DNA of 64,000 nucleotides from an uncultured Rhodospirillaceae bacterium (GTDB lineage Bacteria; Pseudomonadota; Alphaproteobacteria; UBA8366): NCBI GenBank assembly GCA_964408805.1, contig CAYPAV010000021.1, positions 66 to 64,065 of the forward strand, read 5' to 3'. Shown piece by piece: positions 56,718 to 64,000 of this stretch (position 1 is its first letter; each line of letters starts with the position of its first letter). The notes under the pieces were generated by a model. It saw only the letters and a program-made list of their open reading frames with translations, ran no database searches and was not told where the DNA came from. The position numbers and the translations under genes were made by a program.

Positions 56718-58673
56718 ATGTCCGAAGACGCCGTCAAATGGGAACCGTCCGAGGCCTATGCCGATTGCCGCATCCGCCGGTTTCTCGATGCCCATGGGCT
56801 CGACGACATGGCGGCGCTCCATGCCCGGACCGAAGCGGACATCGAATGGTTCTGGGACGCGATGATTCGATTTCTCGACGTCAAGTTCTACGAACCCTAT
56901 TCGAAGGTTCTCGACCTCTCGCGCGGTATCCAATGGCCGGAATGGTGCCTCGGCGCCAAGACGAACCTGATGCTCAACTGCATCGACAAGCATCGCGGCA
57001 CCCCCGTCTGGGACAAGACTTATCTCGTCTGGGAAGGCGAGGACGGGACGAAGCGGGAATTCACCTATGGGGAGCTCGACGCCGAGATCTGCCGTTTCGC
57101 CGCCGCGCTCCGCGAACATGGCTACGGCAAGGGCGACATCATCGCGCTCTATATCCCGATGGTGCCGGAGGCGATGATCGCGTTCTTCGCTATCCTCAAG
57201 ATCGGCGGGATAATGCTGCCGCTGTTCTCCGGCTTCGGCCCCGATCCGATCAAGCTCCGCCTCAACGATTGCGAGGCGCGCGCCGTGGTGACGGCGGACG
57301 GCACACTTCGCCGGGGCAACAAGGTCTCGATGAAGGAGACGCTCGATACCGCCTTGGCCGATTGCCCATCGGTCGAGGATGTTTTCGTCGTCCGCCGCTT
57401 CGATGGAGAGGGCGAGGTCGAATGCCCGATGGCCGAGGGACGCGACCTTTGGTGGGCCGATGCCGTGGCCGGCCAGCCGACCGAGACCGCGACCGAACGG
57501 ACCGATGCCGAGGATTTGGGCTTCCTCGTCTATACCTCCGGCACTACGGGGAAGCCGAAGGGCGTCCTGATGAGCCATGTAGGCGCGGTGGTGAAGCTCG
57601 CCCTCGATATCGGGGTTTGCTTCGATTTCAGCGAGGACGACCGGATGATCTGGGTCAGCGACATGGGCTGGGTCGTCGGCGCCATGACCGCGATCAGCTC
57701 GTCCTTCTTCGGCGGCAGCCTGGTGATCCTCGAAGGCACGCCGGATTATCCCGATTCGGGCCGGCACTGGCGGGTCATCCAGGAAAACTGCGTCAGCTTC
57801 CTCGGCATCGCCCCCACCTCGGTTCGGGGCCTGATGCGTTACGGCGACGAGGTCGACGACTATGATTTGTCCTCGCTTCGGGTGATTGCCTCCACGGGCG
57901 AACCCTGGACGCGGGAGGCCTGGGTCTGGCTCTTCGAGCGGGTCGGCAAAGGCAAGCTCCCGATCCTGAATTACACCGGCGGGACCGAGATATTCGGCGG
58001 GCTGGCCGCGAGCTCGCTCTTGTCGACGATCACGCCCAATTCCTTTAGCGGGCCGATGCCGGGCACCGGCACCAAGGTTCTGACCGAGGCAGGTGAGCCG
58101 AGCCCAATTGGCGAGCTCGGCGAACTGGTGCAGACCCTGCCCTCGATCGGCAATACGCGGAGCCTCTTCAAGGACGACGAACGCTATCTCGAGAGCTACT
58201 GGTCGATGTATGGCGACAAGTGGCGCCAGGGCGATTGGGCAATCGTCGACGAGGAGGGCTATTGGTATGTGCTCGGCCGCTCCGACGATACGCTGAACAT
58301 CTCCGGCAAGCGGACGGGCCCGGCCGAAGTCGAGGGCGCCTTGATGTCGACGGGCCAGATTTCGGAAGCCGCCGTGATCGGCGTTCCGGACCCGATCAAG
58401 GGGACCGCGATATGCTGCGTCTGCGTCCCCATGCCGGGGATCGAGGGCGACGAGGGATTGCGGGGCGACCTTTCGAACGCGGTGACCTCGGCGCTGGGAC
58501 GCTCCTATCGCCCGCGTGATATCCATTTCGTCTCGGACCTGCCGAAGACACGCAACATGAAGATCATGCGAAGAGTCGTCCGCATGGTGATCATCGGCGA
58601 GCCGGCGGGCGACCTTACCTCGCTGGTCAATCCGGAAGCGGTCGAGGAACTGAAGGCCGTCTCCGGCGCGTGA
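56718..58673 (+). CDS. AMP-dependent acyl-CoA synthetase (acetyl/propionyl-CoA synthetase-like)
   Basis: 651 aa; AMP-binding signature LVYTSGTTGKPKGV, later YWYVLGRSDDTLNISGKR. Confidence 0.85.
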   Translation: MSEDAVKWEPSEAYADCRIRRFLDAHGLDDMAALHARTEADIEWFWDAMIRFLDVKFYEPYSKVLDLSRGIQWPEWCLGAKTNLMLNCIDKHRGTPVWDKTYLVWEGEDGTKREFTYGELDAEICRFAAALREHGYGKGDIIALYIPMVPEAMIAFFAILKIGGIMLPLFSGFGPDPIKLRLNDCEARAVVTADGTLRRGNKVSMKETLDTALADCPSVEDVFVVRRFDGEGEVECPMAEGRDLWWADAVAGQPTETATERTDAEDLGFLVYTSGTTGKPKGVLMSHVGAVVKLALDIGVCFDFSEDDRMIWVSDMGWVVGAMTAISSSFFGGSLVILEGTPDYPDSGRHWRVIQENCVSFLGIAPTSVRGLMRYGDEVDDYDLSSLRVIASTGEPWTREAWVWLFERVGKGKLPILNYTGGTEIFGGLAASSLLSTITPNSFSGPMPGTGTKVLTEAGEPSPIGELGELVQTLPSIGNTRSLFKDDERYLESYWSMYGDKWRQGDWAIVDEEGYWYVLGRSDDTLNISGKRTGPAEVEGALMSTGQISEAAVIGVPDPIKGTAICCVCVPMPGIEGDEGLRGDLSNAVTSALGRSYRPRDIHFVSDLPKTRNMKIMRRVVRMVIIGEPAGDLTSLVNPEAVEELKAVSGA

Positions 58674-59653
58674 GCGGCTCCGCCACCGGTACCGTCGAGA
58701 CGCCGCCCTTTCGGGAGCGGTTCCCCTGGCATGGCGGTGATCTGCAGACGTTGCGAAATTTTATACGGCGCCGCCTCGGCTGGCGGCCGCGCGAGTTGTG
58801 CGGGGAGCGCGTGATGCTCTCGCTGGCGGACGGCGGCGGCCTCGCGGCGCGGCTGACGCTGGGGCGGACGGGCCACCCGATGGCCGTGCTCATTCACGGC
58901 CTCACCGGCTGCGAGACTGCGACCAATATGATCGTCGCGGCCCGTCATCTGGGCGAGGCGGGCTATCCCACCCTCCGCCTGAACCTTCGCGGCACCGAGC
59001 CCTCGCGAGCGACGACGGCGGGGCATTACCACGCCGGCCGTTCGGCGGATTTAGCCGATGCGCTTGCCAGTCTGGCGCCGCGAATTCCGGCGGCGGGATT
59101 GGTCCTGCTCGGCTTTTCGCTCGGCGCCAATATGATGATTAAGTTCCTGGCCGAGCATGGGCGCGACTTTCCGATTCGCGCCGCCGCCGCCGTCTCGACG
59201 CCGATTGATCTTCGCCACTCGATCCAAACATTGCAAAGCCGGCGGAACAGGCTCTATCACCGCTTTCTCCTGGATCGCATCAAAGCGGAATGGAATGCGG
59301 TCGACCTAACACCCGAATACAGGCGGAAACTGGCGGCGGTGGCGACCATCGAAGCCTTCGACGATGCCTTGCAGGCGCCGCTCAACGGTTTCGAGGGGGC
59401 CGACGATTACTATGAGAAATGCATGGCGCTCCGGTTCCTGGAGCGCGTCCCGGTCCCGACTCTCCTGATCCACGCCCGGAACGACCCCTGGATCTCCGCC
59501 GCCCCCTATGACGCGGTCGATTGGACCCGGCACCCGCAACTCCGCCTCCTGTTGCCGGCAAGGGGCGGTCATGTGGGTTTTCACGGCCGGGGCGACAACG
59601 TGCCCTGGCACTGTCGGGCCGTGAGCGGATTCTACGACGCGCGGGAAGGCTGA
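58670..59653 (+). CDS. Alpha/beta-fold hydrolase (YheT-like)
   Basis: PMAVLIHGLTGCETA, nucleophile elbow GFSLGANMM, C-terminal GGHVGF. 4-nt overlap with the synthetase gene. Confidence 0.75.
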   Translation: MSGSATGTVETPPFRERFPWHGGDLQTLRNFIRRRLGWRPRELCGERVMLSLADGGGLAARLTLGRTGHPMAVLIHGLTGCETATNMIVAARHLGEAGYPTLRLNLRGTEPSRATTAGHYHAGRSADLADALASLAPRIPAAGLVLLGFSLGANMMIKFLAEHGRDFPIRAAAAVSTPIDLRHSIQTLQSRRNRLYHRFLLDRIKAEWNAVDLTPEYRRKLAAVATIEAFDDALQAPLNGFEGADDYYEKCMALRFLERVPVPTLLIHARNDPWISAAPYDAVDWTRHPQLRLLLPARGGHVGFHGRGDNVPWHCRAVSGFYDAREG

Positions 59654-59656
59654 GGG

Positions 59657-60751
<1,095 letters not shown>

Positions 60752-60845
60752 TTACGCGCCGAGCGGGGGGCAAACAATCACCGAGAGGGTTTGACAGCGA
60801 CGCGCCCCATCCTATCATCCGCGCGAAAATTGCGGGTAAGAAGCC

Positions 60846-61985
60846 ATGGACCACCAACTGAACGAGGAACAACGCGCCTTCCAGAACGCGGCACGGGACT
60901 TCGCCGAGAACGAGTTCGCGCCCGATGCCGCAGAGTGGGACGCCGAGCGGATTTTTCCGGTCGAGGCGCTTCGGAAGGCGGCCGCCCTTGGTTTCGCCGG
61001 CATCTATTGCGGCGAGAAGCATGGCGGGTCCGACCTCTCCCGGATGGACGCGGCGGTGATCTTCGAGGAGCTGGCGGCCGGCTGCACCTCGACCTCGGCC
61101 TATATCTCGATCCACAACATGGCGAGCTGGATGATCGATCGCTACGGCGACGATGCACAGCGCGCGAAGTGGCTGCCGAAATTGACCTCGATGGCGCATT
61201 TCGCGAGCTATTGCCTGACCGAGCCGGGGGCGGGCTCGGATGCGGCCTCGCTCCGCACCACCGCCAAGCGGGACGGCGACGAATATCTGCTGAACGGCAG
61301 CAAGGCCTTCATCTCCGGCGGCTCGACCAGCGACGTTTACGTCTGCATGGTTCGAACCGGCGAGGCGGGACCGAAAGGGATTTCCTGCCTGGTCGTGGAG
61401 AAGGACGCCCCCGGACTCTCCTTCGGTCAGCTCGAGCACAAGATGGGCTGGAACAGCCAGCCGACCGCCGCCGTCATCTTCGAGGATTGCCGCGTCCCCA
61501 TCGCCAATCGCATTGGCGCGGAGGGGGAGGGGTTCAAGATCGCGATGCAGGGGCTCGACGGCGGCCGGATCAATATCGCCGCCTGCTCCATCGGGGCGGC
61601 CAGAAAGTGCCAGGAGCTGGCCCTCGAGCACATGCAGCAGCGGACGCAATTCGGCCAGCCGCTGGCCGAGTTCCAGGCGCTTCAATTCAAGCTTGCCGAC
61701 ATGGCGACCGAGCTGCATGCGGCCCGCTTGATGGTCCATGACGCGGCCCGGCGGCTCGATACCGGCGATCCGGACGGCACCATGCATGCCGCCATGGCCA
61801 AGCGCTTCGCGACCGATACCGGCTTCAAGGTCTGCAACGAGGCGCTGCAACTCCACGGCGGTTACGGCTATATCAAGGAATACCCGATCGAGCGCTACCT
61901 CCGCGATGTGCGCGTCCACCAAATCCTGGAAGGCACCAACGAGATCATGCGCGTGATCATCGCCCGGCGGCTGTTGGAGCTGTAG
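60846..61985 (+). CDS. Acyl-CoA dehydrogenase (isobutyryl-CoA dehydrogenase-like)
   Basis: 379 aa: [62 protein letters not shown]. Confidence 0.9.
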   Translation: MDHQLNEEQRAFQNAARDFAENEFAPDAAEWDAERIFPVEALRKAAALGFAGIYCGEKHGGSDLSRMDAAVIFEELAAGCTSTSAYISIHNMASWMIDRYGDDAQRAKWLPKLTSMAHFASYCLTEPGAGSDAASLRTTAKRDGDEYLLNGSKAFISGGSTSDVYVCMVRTGEAGPKGISCLVVEKDAPGLSFGQLEHKMGWNSQPTAAVIFEDCRVPIANRIGAEGEGFKIAMQGLDGGRINIAACSIGAARKCQELALEHMQQRTQFGQPLAEFQALQFKLADMATELHAARLMVHDAARRLDTGDPDGTMHAAMAKRFATDTGFKVCNEALQLHGGYGYIKEYPIERYLRDVRVHQILEGTNEIMRVIIARRLLEL

Positions 61986-61991
61986 GAGCCC

Positions 61992-63605
61992 CTACGCCGC
62001 CGCCGCCAGCACCATCCGCGCCGCCTTCTCGCCGATCATGATCGAGGGTGCGTTGGTGTTGCCCGACGTCAGGGTCGGCATGATCGAGGCATCGGCCACC
62101 CGGAGGCTTTCCATGCCGTGGACGCGGAGCTGATCGTCCACCACCGCCCCTAACGGACCTTGGGGATCCGAGCCCATCTTGCAGGTGCCGACCGGGTGGT
62201 AGGCGGTCTCGGCGGTCCTGCTTACCCAGTCCAGCAGTTCGTCATCGGCCTGGAGGTCTTCGCCCGGCGCGATTTCACCCGCGGTAACGTCCCGCGCGGC
62301 CGGCGCCTCCATGATGCGCCGGACGTAGCGCATCGCTTCCAACGTCACTTCCCGGTCGATCTGAGCGGTCAGGAAATTGAAGCGGATCGTCGGCGGACGC
62401 TTCGCATCGCCGGACGCGATATGGATGCTGCCGGTGCTTTCCGAGCGCAGAATGTGGGTGATTGCTGTAACACCGGATTCTTTCGCCAACTGGAAATTCT
62501 CGCCGATCAGGAAGGGCACCCAGGAAATGCCTACATTCGGCGACTCAAGCCCCTCTCGGGTGCGGACATAAGCGCGGAGCGGTGATGCCGGCAGCCCGAG
62601 CAGGCCCTTGTCGGTAAGCGCATATTTCAACGCCTGCCAGACCAGACCCAGCCCGCGCGCCTTGTCGTTATAAGTCATGCCGAGCGCGGTCGGCACGGCC
62701 CATTTCATGCGCGGCGCGTAATGGTCGCGCAGATTTTCGCCCACGCCGTCCAGCGCATGCTTGACCTCAATTCCAAGGCCGCGAAGCAGATCCGGCTGGC
62801 CGATTCCGGACAGTTCCAGCAATTGCGGCGAATTGATCGCGCCTGCGCTGACGATCACCTCCCGTGCCGCCTGGGCTTCCCGCGTCTCTCCGCCCAAGGT
62901 GTAGCGGACGCCGACGCATCGTTTGCCATCGAGCAGCAGGCATTCGGTCAATGCGTTGGCCTGGATCGTCAGGTTTTGTCGCCGCCGGGCGGGATCGAGA
63001 TAGCATCTGGCGGTGCTCATACGGCGGCCGTCGCGGATGGTCGCCTGTGTCATGCCGATGCCGTCCTGCTTGGCGCCGTTGTAATCGTCGGTATATTCGA
63101 TCCCGACCTGTCCTGCCGCCTCGATCAACGCATCGTAAATCGGACCGCCTTCGTTGCTCGGGCTGACCTTGAGCGGGCCTCCGCGGCCGCGATATTCGTC
63201 ATCCCCGCCGCCGGAATAGCTCTCCATGTCGCGGAAGATCGGCAGCACCTCGCGGTAGCTCCAGCCGCGATTGCCGAACTGCGCCCAGGTGTCGTAGTCC
63301 TGCGCCTGTCCGCGGACGAAGACCATGCCGTTGATCGCACTCGACCCCCCCAGAAGTTTGCCGCGCGGAATAGGGATGCGTCGCTGACCGCTGCCTTCGT
63401 CGGGTTCCGAGGAATAGAGCCAATTCGCGGCGGGGTTCTCGATCATCCTGGCGAAGCCGACCGGGACGCGCGTCCAGGGATGGTCCTCCTTTCCGGCTTC
63501 CAGCACCAGCACCCGGTATTCACCGCTCTCGCTCAGCCGGTTGGCCAGCACCGACCCCGCCGACCCGGCCCCCACCACGATGAAATCGTAGGTCTCGCTT
63601 TCCAT
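61992..63605 (-). CDS. GMC-family oxidoreductase (choline dehydrogenase-like)
   Basis: YDFIVVGAGSAGSVLANRLSE, GGSSAINGM, C-terminal HPVGTCKMG and SGNTNAPSIMIGEKAA. ATG 63605 is preceded by GGAGGA. Confidence 0.9.
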   Translation of the reverse strand: MESETYDFIVVGAGSAGSVLANRLSESGEYRVLVLEAGKEDHPWTRVPVGFARMIENPAANWLYSSEPDEGSGQRRIPIPRGKLLGGSSAINGMVFVRGQAQDYDTWAQFGNRGWSYREVLPIFRDMESYSGGGDDEYRGRGGPLKVSPSNEGGPIYDALIEAAGQVGIEYTDDYNGAKQDGIGMTQATIRDGRRMSTARCYLDPARRRQNLTIQANALTECLLLDGKRCVGVRYTLGGETREAQAAREVIVSAGAINSPQLLELSGIGQPDLLRGLGIEVKHALDGVGENLRDHYAPRMKWAVPTALGMTYNDKARGLGLVWQALKYALTDKGLLGLPASPLRAYVRTREGLESPNVGISWVPFLIGENFQLAKESGVTAITHILRSESTGSIHIASGDAKRPPTIRFNFLTAQIDREVTLEAMRYVRRIMEAPAARDVTAGEIAPGEDLQADDELLDWVSRTAETAYHPVGTCKMGSDPQGPLGAVVDDQLRVHGMESLRVADASIMPTLTSGNTNAPSIMIGEKAARMVLAAAA

Positions 63606-63738
63606 CTGCGCATTCCTCCAGGAAACTTTTTTCTCACCTTTGATCCTTAGATTGCTAGAGAAACCGCCAGACGGCAAATAACGCCGTGACGGCGCCCCTG
63701 GCCATTGCGGTGGGAATCCGTATACAGCTTCTCCCCCG

Positions 63739-64000
63739 ATGACCGACGATGACGAAATCCTGTTCGACGTGACCGACGGCGTCGCCGAGGCGGTGCTCAA
63801 CCGGCCGGCGGCGCTGAACGCCCTGACGCTTGGCATGGTGCGGAACTTCGATCCGGTGCTCGCGGGTTGGGCGACGGACGACGCGGTAGGCGCCGTCGTC
63901 GTCCGAGGCGCGGGAGCGAAGGCGTTCTGCGCCGGCGGCGATATTCGCGCCCTATACGACGGCGGGCCGGGGAGCGGGATCACGCGGGATTTCTTCCGTG
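63739..64000 (+). CDS. Enoyl-CoA hydratase/isomerase family protein, 3-hydroxyisobutyryl-CoA hydrolase-like; 3' end off the window
   Basis: ATG 63739: MTDDDEILFDVTDGVAEAVLNRPAALNALTLGMVRNF...VVVRGAGAKAFCAGGDIRALY. It is open to the window edge and so absent from the ORF track. Confidence 0.75.
   Translation, partial: MTDDDEILFDVTDGVAEAVLNRPAALNALTLGMVRNFDPVLAGWATDDAVGAVVVRGAGAKAFCAGGDIRALYDGGPGSGITRDFFR

Noticed and set aside
56673-58526. 617-aa minus-strand ORF. The same applies to 36946..38673 (575 aa), 49414..51132 (572 aa), 49863..51164, 18433..19728, 28511..29524, 30541..31638, 45265..46431 and many similar ORFs.
   Set aside because: All are antisense to, or out of frame with, genes carrying clear family signatures (acyl-CoA synthetase, RND pump, LLM oxidoreductase, amidase, MATE, dxs, glycosyltransferase). 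Their translations are Arg/Gly/Pro/Asp-rich, as expected for high-GC shadow frames.

Overview
High-GC bacterial chromosomal window, roughly two-thirds G+C by eye. The gene content (xseB-ispA-dxs, hemB, an AsmA-like remnant, TolB-N/TPR adenylate cyclases, small PAS-like proteins) suggests an alphaproteobacterium; that is inference. I can support about 58 protein-coding genes or gene remnants. I recognised no rRNA, tRNA or CRISPR by eye.

Most of the window is ordinary metabolism and transport:
- an arylsulfatase and a MetE-like enzyme
- an amidase followed by a five-gene Dpp/Opp-type ABC importer
- a MATE efflux pump and an RND pump with its adaptor
- a second peptide-type ABC importer that lacks ATPase genes
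- CoA-ester and valine-catabolism genes
- several oxidoreductases

The unusual parts are:
1. A HlyC/CyaC-type toxin-activating acyltransferase is translationally coupled to two non-RTX unknown ORFs in a lower-GC stretch (about 9.9-12.9 kb). This is my best candidate for an undescribed system.
2. A structured intergenic repeat of about 215 bp (named REP-A here) has at least 3 copies, and its 5' end sits at gene truncations.
3. A 265-bp MITE-like element carries perfect 35-bp terminal inverted repeats (13847-14111).
4. A ~285-bp direct duplication of the 3' end of an OYE flavin reductase gene brackets an AT-rich insert carrying an orphan PP2C phosphatase (53.26-54.93 kb).
5. Several decayed genes are present: a frameshifted cyclase, a truncated and frameshifted AsmA, an aldo/keto reductase with a stop at codon 3, and DUF2182 and OYE fragments.
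6. A vapC/phd-type toxin-antitoxin pair has a perfect 14-3-14 palindromic operator.

All family assignments come from motif recognition by eye. No database search was run.
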